A DNA stretch of 62,239 nt, counting the filler, from Basidiobolus ranarum (Eukaryota): NCBI GenBank assembly GCA_040143965.1. It is 33 parts of 33 records of this genome, joined end to end, with 100 filler letters (N's around TTAATTAATTAA, not from the genome) between each part and the next. Parts side by side here need not be neighbours in the genome. Positions count along the whole stretch, not along the records: positions 1 to 1,796 come from JASJQH010004312.1; positions 1,897 to 3,692 come from JASJQH010004313.1; positions 3,793 to 5,587 come from JASJQH010004314.1; positions 5,688 to 7,482 come from JASJQH010004315.1; positions 7,583 to 9,377 come from JASJQH010004316.1; positions 9,478 to 11,271 come from JASJQH010004317.1; positions 11,372 to 13,165 come from JASJQH010004318.1; 26 more parts are not named here. The stretch is one strand, 5' to 3'. Of the stretch, positions 1 through 12,448 are shown one piece after another. Below the pieces are notes generated by a model. The model made no database searches. It had not been told where the DNA came from and saw nothing but the letters and a program-made list of their open reading frames with translations. A program made the translations under genes and the position numbers. Position 1 is the stretch's first letter; the number at the start of each line of letters is the position of its first letter.

Positions 1-1688
1 GCCATGGTAAGTTGATTCTTTGAATTCTAAGCAATAGCTCTATTGCAGCCAAGAAATAAATATCCTGTTGAAGATCTCCTGGCTTCAATTTTTCTTCCCC
101 TATTTTATCTGTACATCCCATCATAACAAAGTTTGATCATGAATATATATATTTAAAGCACAGATCCACACTACTTTTCAAATATCTAAAAACCCATTTA
201 ACTGCTATGGTACAATCCAATATGTGATTTTGAAGATATTGGCACCTAACTCCTACACAATTTGCAATATCTGGCTGTATTCCAACCAAAATATATATTA
301 AACTACCAACTATAGATTGATAAGGAAATTTCTGGCTTTTGTTTGAATCCAAGAACATTGGTTATGAGCTATATTTAGTCAAGTTAAGAGGTACCTCCAT
401 TTGGATATATATTGTATCACATTCTTTCATTTTAAATTTTTTAAGTATATCTAGGATATACTTAAACTGGTTCAAAGTTATTGATTTGGTATTTCTATCA
501 GTCTCAGTTTGAATTCCAAGATAGTACATCTGGTCACTAATATCAGTCATTTAGAATTCAACAGATAAGCTGGATTTGGTTTTCTCCAAAAGTCTGCAAG
601 TCATTGATTGCTGTAATAAGGTCATCTACATATAAGTCTAATAAAACTTGGCCTGTCTTATCTGGCCTTGAGCATATTCTACAGTCAGCATTACTCTTTT
701 GGAATTTGAGTGTTTCCAAAAAAGCATCTATCTTGCTATTTCAAGCTCTTGGAGATTGTTTCATCCCTTAGAGTGTTTTCCAGAGTCTGTAAGCTTTTTC
801 AGGGCTTGCTTGGTCCACAAATATATCTGTCCAGCTCATATTGATCTCCTCAGCAAGCTCATCATTCAAAAAGCAGCTTTAGCATCCATTTGATAAACTT
901 TGCTATAGGGGTAAAAGTTTCTGTATTGTCAATTCCTATTATTTGAAAATAGCCTGTTGCTACTAGGCCAGTCTTGTAGCTTTCTCTACTGCCATCAGAG
1001 TTGTATTTAACTTTAAACACCCATTGGCAGCCAATTAAATTTTTATCAGCAGGTAAGTTGATCAAAATCCAAGTATGATGATCAATCCAAGCCTGGTGCT
1101 CATCAGCCATTCCAGATTTCCAAGATTTCATATCAGGGCCATTTGTGGTCTCCTTTACACTCTGTGGTCATGTATTGAAGATGTGTAGGCATGTGACCAA
1201 TTTTGAGACTCATTGGTATTGTCATTGGAGCTATATCTGATCCAATTTGTTCTCCTGGTTTGGGACAAAGGTACTACAGATTCTAGCATTGTATTGGGCA
1301 CTTCAAGAACCAGAACTCAGGCTGAATGGTCTACAGGAATGCTATTTTCTTCACTATTTTGGTTTGAACTACTTTGAATGATTGGTTTGGGAAAAAGTAG
1401 ATTTTTATCATTGTCTGAGGTCATTTAGGTGAATATTTTTCACTTTCTTCAAACAATACATCCCTGAACTTGGTTGACTTTGTAATATTAGTATCACAAG
1501 GTCTGTAGATCTTATCTTGAGGAAAATAACCCATAAATATGCATTTTATATTCTTTGATTGGTTTCTTAGATCAATTTTTGGTGAAAATTTTGATGTAAG
1601 CAATGAATTAAAAGATCCTCAAATGTTTTACTTTAGATTTAACTGCAAACCATGCTGGATATGGTGTAGAGCTAGCCAGACTTCTACC
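1..1688 (-). mobile_element. Decayed Ty1/copia pol (integrase C-terminus, RT, start of RNase H)
   Basis: Broken frames contain KCIFMGY, IGCQWVFKVKYNSDG...YKTGLVATGY, YYLGIQ and YQSIVGSLIY...QPDIA. Confidence 0.9.
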
Positions 1689-1796
1689 TATTGGGAAAAT
1701 ATGGGCTGTTTGGAGGAACTTTAGAAAAGTGGAGTTGTGAATAGCTTTGTGAGATAATTATTTATTGACCAGAAATTAAGCATTTATACATTTTGG
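1689..1796 (-). repeat. Copia LTR family A, 3' part (ends ...CCCAATA), cut by contig end
   Basis: Identical to 11164-11271 and matches the full LTR at 34406-34783. Confidence 0.88.
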
Positions 1797-1896
1797 NNNN
1801 NNNNNNNNNNNNNNNNNNNNNNNNNNNNNNNNNNNNNNNNTTAATTAATTAANNNNNNNNNNNNNNNNNNNNNNNNNNNNNNNNNNNNNNNNNNNN
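1797..1896. other. Artificial contig-joining spacer (N44-TTAATTAATTAA-N44); first of 32 such spacers (last at 60358-60457)
   Basis: The same 100-bp N-padded, six-frame-stop linker recurs every ~1.89 kb. The intervening contigs shrink monotonically from 1796 to 1782 bp. Confidence 0.98.
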
Positions 1897-2118
1897 TTAG
1901 ATCATAACAAACATGCCTGTTAAGCATGGGTGAAAATTTGAGGTGATTTGGAGAAGTTTTGAGAAAATAGTGAAAATTGGTAAAAGTGATCTAATTGATA
2001 TTTCTATGAATTAGTGCAATAAACACATGTTTTTGAATGACAGAATTGAGTACTAAATAATCAGAATATGAATAAACTAACTACTAAATAATGAGTTGCT
2101 ATTTGCCTAATTTCAACA
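1897..2118 (-). repeat. Copia LTR family D
   Basis: Reverse-complement match to 50709-50940, which follows an RNase H and polypurine tract; starts TGTTGAAATTAGG. Confidence 0.82.
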
Positions 2119-2262
2119 CAAAATACCATCAAGAAGCCACCATCACACCATCAAAATCTCTGGCACAATGCAAGCCATCAATATTGTGATGGTTCTCCAA
2201 TGGTTTTTCTCTTTTGGAGGGTGGATCTGATCTGGATCAAATTGATTTTCTTTTTGTTAGGG
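2119..2262 (+). mobile_element. CACTA/EnSpm-like element, transposase-distal terminus (...TGTTAGGG)
   Basis: Same subterminal sequence and terminus as 21287, 15719, 25755 and 48479. Confidence 0.78.
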
Positions 2263-2752
2263 CAAAAGAATGAAAAAAATGCTCTGATAGGCTATGGGAA
2301 ACCTTCCTACAAATGTCAAGAGCACTTTAGGAAGAAAAGTAACACATTCTACAATTACTGTAAAAGAACTGGCCATTGAAGCAAAGATTGCTTTAAAAGA
2401 ATTGCACAAGTAGAAAAGCTTACTGAATCTGAAAATGTGTTTACAACAGAACATAACTTGTTCATACCTGCTCTATATATGACTACCAAGAAGGATTCCC
2501 AGACTTAGTATATTGATTCTGGAGCCTTCCAATACTTGACAAATTGAAAACATTGGTGTGTGATTTATGAAAAAATCCCAGTTAGAAAGGTTTTCATGGG
2601 AGATGACTGCACATTGGATGCCATTGGAATGGATACAATACAAGTTAATTTAACTGGACCTTCTGAAGAGAAACTGTATACATTTAAGGATACACTACAT
2701 GTTCCAGAAATTGCCAAGTATGTAATAGCTATATGAAAGGCACCTCAGAAGG
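2263..2752 (+). mobile_element. Copia gag-end/protease remnant
   Basis: Reads YIDSGAFQYLTN...VRKVFMGDDCTLDAIG...LHVPEIAK. Confidence 0.8.
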
Positions 2753-3692
2753 CCCTAAGAAAAATAAAAGCAATTTGATTCAGTTTGGATCCACCTTTCT
2801 GGATTGCAAACCATCAGAGGACAATCACAACATTGGTGGATTGTATTCTGCCAGGGATTTTAATGGTGAGACCACAGCTTCTTGACATCATTCTCATGAA
2901 ACCTCTAACAGAAATTTGAGGAATGTAAATGAAGGAAAACCATCACAATTTTAATCCATTTGGGATTAACCATTTACTTAATGTTGTAAAATTGTCAAGT
3001 TAGATTTAATTTTAATTAATTTTTCAGTTTCAGGAGTGAAATTTCAAGATCTTGCAAAATAGTTGCGCATGATTGGCTACAATCTCAGCAAACTATGGAT
3101 CAATGCATGAGCAAAAAATGTAACTCAAATTTTGCACATTTACCACTTGATTGATAATTAGTCACCTTCAAAATCCCAAATCTCTTTGATATATTCTCTT
3201 GAATATTTTTATTGAGTTCTTCATACCTAAGGTTTTGCTCATACCTAACACAAGTTTGTATCAATATACCCATCAAAGAACACCATTGTATTAATGTTGG
3301 TGAATCAACATTCTTCCAGCTATCTGGTGAATACTCTGCAATATTGTGCCACTCTGTATTAAGTTCTTCCCAGAAATCTGCAAGGTCAACACTAGACTGA
3401 ATGTCAAGTTAAATGTTCTTCTTCTGAAGCCACTTTCTGCATACTTGCACTGCACTTTTCCCCTCATACTTTTGAAAATACTCCTCAGGCACTTTGACTA
3501 TTTTATTATGTCCTGGTAGTGTGACACTACTGAGGGTGCTTTGCAGTGTTTGTGTGGCTTTTTGCTTGCCTTTACCTTTGCGACTAATTTCAACACTTTG
3601 AAAAGTACCAGTTGAGGTTGGAGAGCCATGAGTTTTATTTGCTGGTGTTTTGGCTTGTTGAGAGGTGCCAGGTGTTGGATAAACTTCCAAAT
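2753..3692 (-). mobile_element. Two CACTA-like termini (CCCTAAG at 2753, CTCTAACAG at 2903) and ORF2 C-terminal region
   Basis: Terminal motifs are shared with other copies. The ORF2 peptide EVYPTPG...KGKQKATQT...VQVCRKWLQKKNI recurs in several contigs. Confidence 0.8.
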
Positions 3693-3792
3693 NNNNNNNN
3701 NNNNNNNNNNNNNNNNNNNNNNNNNNNNNNNNNNNNTTAATTAATTAANNNNNNNNNNNNNNNNNNNNNNNNNNNNNNNNNNNNNNNNNNNN

Positions 3793-3903
3793 GCTAAGTG
3801 ATATTTGACTAAATAATGTTGACTAACTAATAAGTGATATATGAAATAGTTAGGTGTATAAAGATAGAGATAATAAATATGATAAAGACAATAAACTTCA
3901 ACA
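3793..3903 (-). repeat. Copia LTR family A, 5' end, inserted in the CACTA transposase
   Basis: Ends ...AATAAACTTCAACA, the reverse complement of the LTR start TGTTGAAGTTTATT. Confidence 0.85.
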
Positions 3904-5411
3904 GTCTGTAGCAAGCAACAATTGCCAATCAACTGTAGTAAAAGTGTAAGAAAACCAATGAACACCTGGTTGCTAAGATTGGATTGAACTCTCCACTCCT
4001 TAATAATCAAAGCTGCTTCCTTTACAGTAAGTGTTATCAGTGGACTAATGTTTGCCAATAACAAAGAGCTTGTAACAAAACTGTTGTCTTCTTCTTCAAC
4101 TTCTGATAAACCACCATTGGTACTGGAATAGCCAAGGTCAACATCTTGCAGCAAGTCCTCAAAGTTGTCTGGACTTACTGGTTTGACCAAAGGTGCATTT
4201 TGACCTACATCATTCTGGTCATATAACTGTTGTAACTCCATGGTATCTTGACTTTTGGCTGTGTCACCAAAGCTATGAGCCAAACTACAGTAAGCAGACT
4301 CAATAGGCAAAACTAAAGTTGAATCCGTGTCCTTATTACTGTTGTTATACACCAGGCTTTGTGCAGCTGGTGGCTTTGTACAGTGACCATGCTTGTGATT
4401 ATTTTCTCTATGAAAGCTCCAGCTTTTATAGCACATGAATTTGTGACAATAATAGCAGGGCTTCTTTAAACGTTTGTGTTGCAGCATAAGAAGGATATTG
4501 TAGAAAAAAGAACACCTCCCATATAAGGGTGGATATTTAGATATAGTCTATCAATATCATCAGCTGATTTTGAGATGGTGTCACAGATGAGGAATCAGAG
4601 AACTTACAAGATATTTCCAGTAATGGATGGGCATTTTGGTTTATTATAAGCTGTTTCTAACCAATTTCATTACACTAAGTTTACTGTCTGGAAATTTCAA
4701 TGCCATTCAAAAAGTGATCAAAATCAAAGTCAAAACTGGCTTCCAAGCCAAAGCCTGCTGGCACAAAAGGAAAAAACCAGCAAGAACAGAGGAGTTAATT
4801 GATGAGCAGTCTAGTAAGCAACTATCCATTTTGGAAGGCACTAACATGCCAGAAACTAAATCAAGCAATGATGATGAATTAATCAATTTACCAGATGTGT
4901 TCCTTTCCAGCAATAATGCAAGTGAATAGATTGTAATCCCCCAATTACATAGTAAATCAATAGTTGAGCAAAGTTCAACCAAAACACCGTCAAGACCATC
5001 AACTTCAAAAATGGGTAATTTGGCCACTATTGAACAACCTTCTGTAGAAAATTTGGATACATTTATTACAATAAGGGAAGCACAGGCAGAACACCATAAT
5101 GAATTGTATGCAATCATAGGAAAAAACCATGAAGTTGCTATACAAGCCATGACAAGCAATAATGCCACAATATTGCAATTAATGAAGTGTTTGGAAGCAA
5201 CTAGTCAACAGTTAGAGAGTCATTCAACAATGACACAAGATCTTCAGAATGATGTACTTGAGCTACAGCAACATGCTGCTCCCTCCATCCATTCTCATAC
5301 AGGGTTTCAGTCAATCCCACACCATACATGTGAACATCACCGTGACAATCTAGCAGAGCAGAATATGTGTCAGACCATTAAGCCTACACAATGACCTGAT
5401 ATTGCTTGGGC
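3904..5411. mobile_element. CACTA-like central region: transposase N-terminus (-, ATG 4487) divergent from ORF2 (+, ATG 4700)
   Basis: The MLQHKRLKKPCYYCHKF...H...H start and the MPFKK...KPARTEE start are 212 bp apart; the same layout occurs in four other contigs. Confidence 0.85.
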
Positions 5412-5587
5412 ATATTCCACAAACTAATGTTTTTCATTTGTGAAATGTTGGGAAGCTCCAGAATCAATATACCACGTCTGAGAATCCTTGTTGGTAGTCA
5501 TAGATAGAGCAGATATGAACAAGTGATCTTCTGTTGTAACCACATTTCCAGATTCAGTATGTTTTTCTTCTTTTGCAATTCTTTTAA
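5412..5587 (-). mobile_element. Copia protease remnant
   Basis: Minus strand reads QTWYIDSGASQHFTNEKH. Confidence 0.82.
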
Positions 5588-6599
5588 NNNNNNNNNNNNN
5601 NNNNNNNNNNNNNNNNNNNNNNNNNNNNNNNTTAATTAATTAANNNNNNNNNNNNNNNNNNNNNNNNNNNNNNNNNNNNNNNNNNNNGGACATTATATTC
5701 TGGTTTGTTTACAATGTTCATTGCACATCATTGTATGGGTACCTGATACGCTGCAAGGATGAATATTCATTTTATGATAACGCATATTGCTGTCTAAACA
5801 TTGTGTTCCATGTTGTAATGCCATTTTACTCGGATAATACGAGATCCCTGTTGATTGCCAGTTGGGGCTATTGGCAGGTCAATCCATAAAGAGCAATGGA
5901 GGCTGGACTCCCCATGATAGAAAGCATCCTCCTATTCTTTGTACGAATTGACAATGTATGGAAGTTACAATATATCATTATTACATGTCAGGTTGAGAAT
6001 TGCCATCAAATTCCCTACAACAATCTTTTAGTTACGCAAAACTTGAATGAAATGTAAAAATCGAATATCCTTCGAATAAATATACTCCTAGTTATGGCTG
6101 TTTCACTATATTCTGAATTCAATATCTCTTTACAATTGAAAGTATTGTTGAATAGGGTTGCATCATTGTGTAACGCATATCCTTGATATATGGTGCTCAG
6201 TTTTGAACTACTTACAACATATAATTGGATGACTATGAACTCACTAGTTGACTTTATTCTCTTTGCCAATGAGCATGGTTTAACACATGAATAAATATGG
6301 TTTGCTTGCTCTTAATATCTTATAAATACATCGTTATGAAGGCAGCTAATTATGACATTACTTGGTTTACACAAACTCTAACTAGTGCCACTAGTAAAGC
6401 TATTTTGAAAGTTGGATAGTTACATGAGATTTTATTAGCTTCAATATGGATTTTCCTTTTCTAGTTTTCATCTGTGAAGGTTATCTAGATTTATCAAAGC
6501 TGCATTGGTGTATATCAGTCAGTAACCTAATATCTAGTATTATTGAATCATGTGCCCAGGATTGATACTAAGCTGTTATTATATATATGTTAAAGAATA

Positions 6600-7160
6600 T
6601 GTATATTATTGATATCGACACAGCTTAAGCATCCATGGGGTAACATAGCAATCCAACCAAGTTTCACTATAAAATTATTCAACATCTTCTTGAGGAATTT
6701 GTTTGGAATAGTTCTACTAACTTTTCCAAGAGACACCAAGCTTTGTACACAGGTTCCTGGGACTTCCCTGAACATATTCTACATGTTGGCTTTGCTGAAA
6801 TTAGCACAGCCCAAACATCTATATGGTCATCCAACGTTTAGTATTTAGTTGTTCCATTATTTCCTAAGATGTTACTTACCATACTCAATTGGAATTTACT
6901 TATAGTATCTTTATAAATCATTAAATGGTTTCAGACATATAGATTTTCCAAGCTTATAAAGTTCTCAGATGTTCAGATTTTTTAATTGTTTTAGCATGTA
7001 TATTCCTGGGACCTTTGCCAACACATTCTATATGTATGTCTATTTATCTCTTGACAAAACTATAAATAGCAACCTTTTACTCAATAAATCAACAAGTGAA
7101 AACCATCACTTTTTACAGTTCTCCTCAACACTGCCAACAAACTTCAAAACCCTTCAACAG
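6600..7160 (+). repeat. Degenerate copia LTR family B pieces with PBS remnant (CAACA-GGTTAT)
   Basis: Resembles 27833-28179; ends CCTTCAACA GGTTATT. Confidence 0.6.
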
Positions 7161-7222
7161 GTTATTCCCCAAGCTTGCACTCTCTGTGATGTCTACTTCT
7201 TGCATTCATTGAACCTTTCCAC

Positions 7223-7482
7223 TGTTGAAGTTTATTGTCATTATCATATTTGTTAGCACTATCTTTATACACCTAACTATTTCATATATCACATATAAGT
7301 TAGTTAACATTACTTAGTCAAATATCACTTAGCTGAAAATTGGAACATATATTATATATATAAATGTGAATAATGTGGGAATTAGCAATTCCATATTGGA
7401 AATTTCAAACTTGTCCAAATTTCCCCAAATATAGCTCATTCTACTCCCACAGATATTCTGAACACAACCCCAGTGTTAGTTT
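7223..7482 (+). repeat. Copia LTR family A, partial
   Basis: Starts TGTTGAAGTTTATTGTC; matches the other family A copies. Confidence 0.87.
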
Positions 7483-7582
7483 NNNNNNNNNNNNNNNNNN
7501 NNNNNNNNNNNNNNNNNNNNNNNNNNTTAATTAATTAANNNNNNNNNNNNNNNNNNNNNNNNNNNNNNNNNNNNNNNNNNNN

Positions 7583-9377
7583 ACTGAGGGTTGTTCAATA
7601 GCAGGCAAAGTAGCCATTTTGGAAGTTGATGGTCTTGACAGTGTTTTGGTTGAACTTTGCTCAACTATTGATTTACTACATAATTGGGGGATTACAATCT
7701 CTTCACTTGCACTATTGCTGGAAAGGAACACATCTGGTAAATTGATTAAAGCTTCATAATCACTTGAGTTAGTTTCTGGCATGTTAATGCCTTCCAAAGT
7801 GGATAGTGGACTGCTAGACTGCTCATCAATTAAATTCTCTGTTCTTGCTGGTTTTTTTTCTTTTGTGCCAGCAGGCTTTGGCTTGGAAGCCAATTTTGAC
7901 TGGGATTTTGAATGCTTTCTGAATGGCATTGAAATTTTAAGATGGTAAACTTGGTGTAAAGAAATTGCTTAGAAATAGCTTATAATAACCCAAAATTGCC
8001 ATCTATTACCAGAAATATCTTGTAAATCCCCTGATGACTCATCTGTGGCACCATCTCAGAAGCAGCTGATGCTATTGATGGGCTACACCTAAAATACCAT
8101 CCTTATGTGGGAGGTGTTCTTTTTTTTACAATATCCTTTTCATGCTGCAACACAAATGTTTAAAGAAGCTCTGCTATTGATGTTGCAAATTCTTGTTCTA
8201 TGTAAGCTGGAGGCTCCATAGAAAAAATGATCTCAAGCATAGTCACTGTACAAAGCCACCAGCTGCCCAAAGCCTGGTGTATAACAACAGTAATAAGTGC
8301 ACTAAATCAACTTTAGTTTTGCCCATTGAGTTTACTGACTGTACTTTGCCTCAAAGTTTTGTAAACACTGCCAAAAGTCAAGATACTGTGGAGTTACCAC
8401 AGTTTTGTGACCAGAATGATGTAGGTCAAAATACAACTTTGGTCAAACCAGTAAGTCCAGACAACTTTGAGGACTTGCTGCCAGATGTTGACCTAGGTTA
8501 TTCCAGTACCAATGTTAATATATCAGAAGTTGAAGAAGAAGATGACAGTTTTGTTACAGACTCTTTGTTAATGGAAAACATTAGTCCACTCATAGCACTT
8601 ACTGCAAAGGAAGCAGCTTTGTTTATTGAGGAGTGGAGAGTTCAATCCAATCTTAGCAACCAGGTGTCTATTGGTTTTCTTACATTTTTACCACAGTTGA
8701 TTGGCAACTGTTGCTTGCCACAGGTCTAGTACAAGTGGAAAACACTTGTCAATTGTATGACTTATAATCCTTCAGTAATTAAACTACCTTAATGTCCAAA
8801 TGGTTGTTTGGCTTTCACCAGTGATCTGAAAAACCTGAAGTCATGTACTGTTTTCACACAATTGGCAATCACTGAATCAGATAAATGTTATTTATATTTG
8901 GCTTACATACCATTGATTCCCCATCTTAAAGTTTTGATGAAATCACCCAAATATAGATTATTGATCCAATACCAAAGTACTCACCATAAAGCTGATGTTA
9001 TTACTGATATACTTGATGGCTAGCACTACCAGAATCTGAAAAGTCAAGGTTTCTTTGAGAACACATATGATCATGTACTTGCATTGGCTCTGGATGGTGT
9101 CTCACTAAACAAATATAACATTGGAAAGGCTTGCTGGCCAATAATTTTAATTAACTTAAATCTTCCTCCTTTTGAATGGTATAAGAGTCATAATATTTTG
9201 ATACTATCCATCATATCTGGACCTACATCACCAGTGCTTATAGATAGCTTCTTGGAGCCTTTGCTTGCGGAATTTGAATGGTTATCTAATGGGGTTCAGA
9301 TGGGTGATTATTTTATTAAAGCTAATATCATTGTATGTATTGGTGACACTTCTGCCATCAGTAAACTTGGAGGTTTT
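7583..9377 (+). mobile_element. CACTA/EnSpm (Tnp2/Transposase_21-like) transposase 5' half (+, ATG 8142) with divergent ORF2 start (-, 7929)
   Basis: Motifs CPNGCLAF..C..C, LAYIPLIPHLKVL, DILDG.HYQNL, LALDGVSL...CWPIILINLNLPP, IISGPTSP..DSFLEPL and GDTSAISKL; interrupted by stops. Confidence 0.9.
8034..8042. promoter_or_regulatory. ATGACTCAT (Gcn4/Cpc1/AP-1-type bZIP consensus) near the centre of the divergent spacer
   Basis: Exact 9-mer in four copies (8034, 19310, 47822, 62017). Function is inferred only. Confidence 0.4.
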
Positions 9378-9477
9378 NNNNNNNNNNNNNNNNNNNNNNN
9401 NNNNNNNNNNNNNNNNNNNNNTTAATTAATTAANNNNNNNNNNNNNNNNNNNNNNNNNNNNNNNNNNNNNNNNNNNN

Positions 9478-9744
9478 TGTATGCCAACGTGGTTTATTCG
9501 ACTTTTTACGTTTACCACAACCACCTGAACGTGCACCATTACGTTTAAGTGAGGAATCAAGTGTCTTATTTGGATTTACTTGCCTTGGAGGGGTTTTAGG
9601 AGTTTTGAGTATATCAACATCGGATTCTTGACCGGAAGTTGTAGGTTGACGGTTGTACCGGCCAGTTATATCGTCCTCAGAAGATAGGCTGGAAGTTAAC
9701 TTTGTTGATTTATCATGTGGATGAAAAGAAGGACATGTGGTCAT
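9478..9744 (-). CDS. Probable 5' part of a host gene (Ser/Thr/Lys-rich, unknown product), truncated at contig edge
   Basis: ATG-initiated frame open to the contig end, preceded by AATCCA; CpG retained; not repeated elsewhere in the window. Confidence 0.5.
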
Positions 9745-11163
9745 TGGATTAAAAATATGTAAATATCGAAGGGAAATCTAGCAGCACCTCTACACTTTAA
9801 CCTCCAGAAATGAGGGTTATTTATCAACAGATTGTTTACAAACAGTAAGAAAAAAAGGATCCAATAACAGAATGAATGTATATCACAGGTTAAAGTTATT
9901 CACTATAACGCTAGAGAGGAAGATCGGTTTGGACAAGATAGAAGAGTAAATAAGAATATAGAGGGCGGACTGTTGTGTCGTATCTCAATTACAGTTAAGC
10001 TAGTTGAGATGATTAAGATACTCTCGTTTAGAATGTAGGAGACAATTGATTTGATGGGATCAATGTAAGTATCTATTTGAAATTCTCCAAGTCTTTTCAG
10101 TTTGGACCGGATTTTGATGGACATCCAATTATACTCGAAGTGGAGTGGTTGCTGCGCCAATCGTATCTGATACATCTTAGCAACTATCTGAGACGACTGA
10201 ACCCTATTAATATCCATGGTTTTCTAGGTTCAAGTTGTTTACACGGATACATGGGTTACATCAACATCTGGTCTACCCATAAGAATAGCCAATTCGGACA
10301 TGATTTGTGGTGATCTTGCGCTCTCTATCGCTAAGAACGATGGGATCAGGAGTCTCTTTCGATAACAAGCACACATCCGATATATTGGATATACCACTCT
10401 TATGAAGGTTAACCTATGCCTTCCTTAAGAATTGGGCTACATGTGTACAGATATCCATATCTTGTTCATAAGTATAAGTCGGCCGGATCACTCTTTGGCG
10501 AAGTTCCTATTCATGTTGGAGTAGGAATTTCAAACTTTACTAGTTATTCAAGATATATAGAGGACCATTGGGTGACACTTCATAAGTGATGCTTAGTAGA
10601 CCAAAAGTTAGGAGTTTCGACACATATTTCAATAATATTAATATCCAAGCATACAGTATGATATTACTGGTATTTGCAATTTGTGTTCAACCTATTTTGC
10701 AATGGGAAATAGCAGCTATTATTTTATTAGTTAATTGATATGCTAGCGGCCATAACTGATTCACATTGCCTATATATTAATAAATTGCTGCACCTCTGTA
10801 GTCAGCTGATTTATCAAACCAAGTTCCCACATATACTATCATTTGTATGCAAATGACTATCTCTGAAAGTATCTTATTATTTTAAGTTGTAGTCTTTAGT
10901 GTGCATCAGTTTAAGCTTACTTACTGTTTAATTGGGATATCTGAAAGAATACTTTTTTCCTCCAGTATTTTTCAGCAAGTCTGCTTGCTTTTACTTTACC
11001 ATATGCCACTACTACCAATAGCCAAGTAGGTAACAATTACTTGAAAACTTGTATTTTTGACAAAAAAACATTGAGAAACTCTTAATTATGGATAAATTCA
11101 AGCAGAGAAATGGGGTATTATCTATTGAAGTTAGCATAGCCTAAAAATATACATAGTCATATA

Positions 11164-11271
11164 TATTGGGAAAATATGGGCTGTTTGGAGGAACTTTAGA
11201 AAAGTGGAGTTGTGAATAGCTTTGTGAGATAATTATTTATTGACCAGAAATTAAGCATTTATACATTTTGG
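11164..11271 (-). repeat. Copia LTR family A, partial
   Basis: 108 bp identical to 1689-1796. Confidence 0.88.
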
Positions 11272-12448
11272 NNNNNNNNNNNNNNNNNNNNNNNNNNNNN
11301 NNNNNNNNNNNNNNNTTAATTAATTAANNNNNNNNNNNNNNNNNNNNNNNNNNNNNNNNNNNNNNNNNNNNTGCCAAACCCCAGGAGTCAAAGTACAATC
11401 AATTTGACTAGCCATCCCTATGATTAATTATTAGATCTAGGCTATATATGCTAAATAATTGATTCTACAGTAACTTATGAGTATGGCCATATATTAACAT
11501 GTACAATTTTGAATATCTTATTAAAAGTGAGATCAGATTCTATAAATAGAAAAAAAATTCTTCCATTCATCACCGTTACCATAAAGGACCTTTGTATTGT
11601 CATTTTTTGCTTGAAATTATCAATTATCATGTTACTTGCATCCATCATGTCCAGATACACTTGTAACCATTATTTGTAACTAAGTCTTTGAATTCAAAGT
11701 ACTTAAAGACACTCAACAATGGAACACATTGCTGTCACTGGCTTTATTCCATTATCTGTGCAACTTATTCTAATATTCACCACCATATGTCTTCATCACG
11801 TATAGGCAATAAACAATCCAAACATTATAAATAGCTATGTTTAGGATAATCTACCACAGATCATAAGCATTAAACTAAACATTTTGTGTAATATGTTGGA
11901 GCAAATCACCAAGTAAGCTTCTAAGCAAGTCTTTCTACGTTTGAAGATGCTTTACTGCCTCAAGCATCAGATTCAGGGTTCAATTATAAGAGTAATGATA
12001 TACAGAGATTAGATGGCACAGGTTCATCAAATGCTATACCCTTCAATATACCCTCACAGTTAGCTAATACTCTCAGCCAATCTTTGCCTTAGGAAGTGTT
12101 GCCTGATTAGGTCCAAGAGAATCAGCCTTCACAGCCTACTGAAGCAGAAAAACCTCTTTTGCTAGAAGAGCTCAAGTCCTCAGGCTCAAGTCATCATCAA
12201 TGTAACTAAAGATATAATTAGCATAAATTCATTAATAATGCTCTTCAAAAATCAAACCCCATAATGGTTAACAATAGTGTAAACTTTGTCAAAGCAATGA
12301 TTAGGCAGAAAGAGCCAATATATATTTAAAGATAATAGTCTTACAAGATTAATGAGTCAGTTACTAATTACATCAGTTTTACTTGCCAAATTAACCGTTC
12401 CCTAATCAGAACAATGAGCATGATGGTTTTGATTCATGCAGTTTCTGT

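Noticed and set aside
1841..1852. Regularly spaced TTAATTAATTAA palindrome as a biological repeat
   Set aside because: It is always centred in N padding; an artificial six-frame stop linker.
4707..5168. Hydrophobic 153-aa ORF and similar ones (47299-47736, 61434-61742) as membrane proteins
   Set aside because: Antisense shadows of CACTA ORF2.
5688..6560. Host-like unique DNA with ORF 6015-6269
   Set aside because: No recognisable motif or splice pattern; not called.
10100..10420. Possible mitochondrial-carrier pseudogene (GVVAAPI, SIAKNDGIRSLFR)
   Set aside because: Only short look-alike peptides in different frames, with no intact P-x-D/E-x-x-K signature; unsupported without a search.
11372..12430. 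Coding-like decayed stretches (also 18400-18842)
   Set aside because: CpG-poor with multiple stops; probably old transposon ORFs, but no family motif was identifiable.
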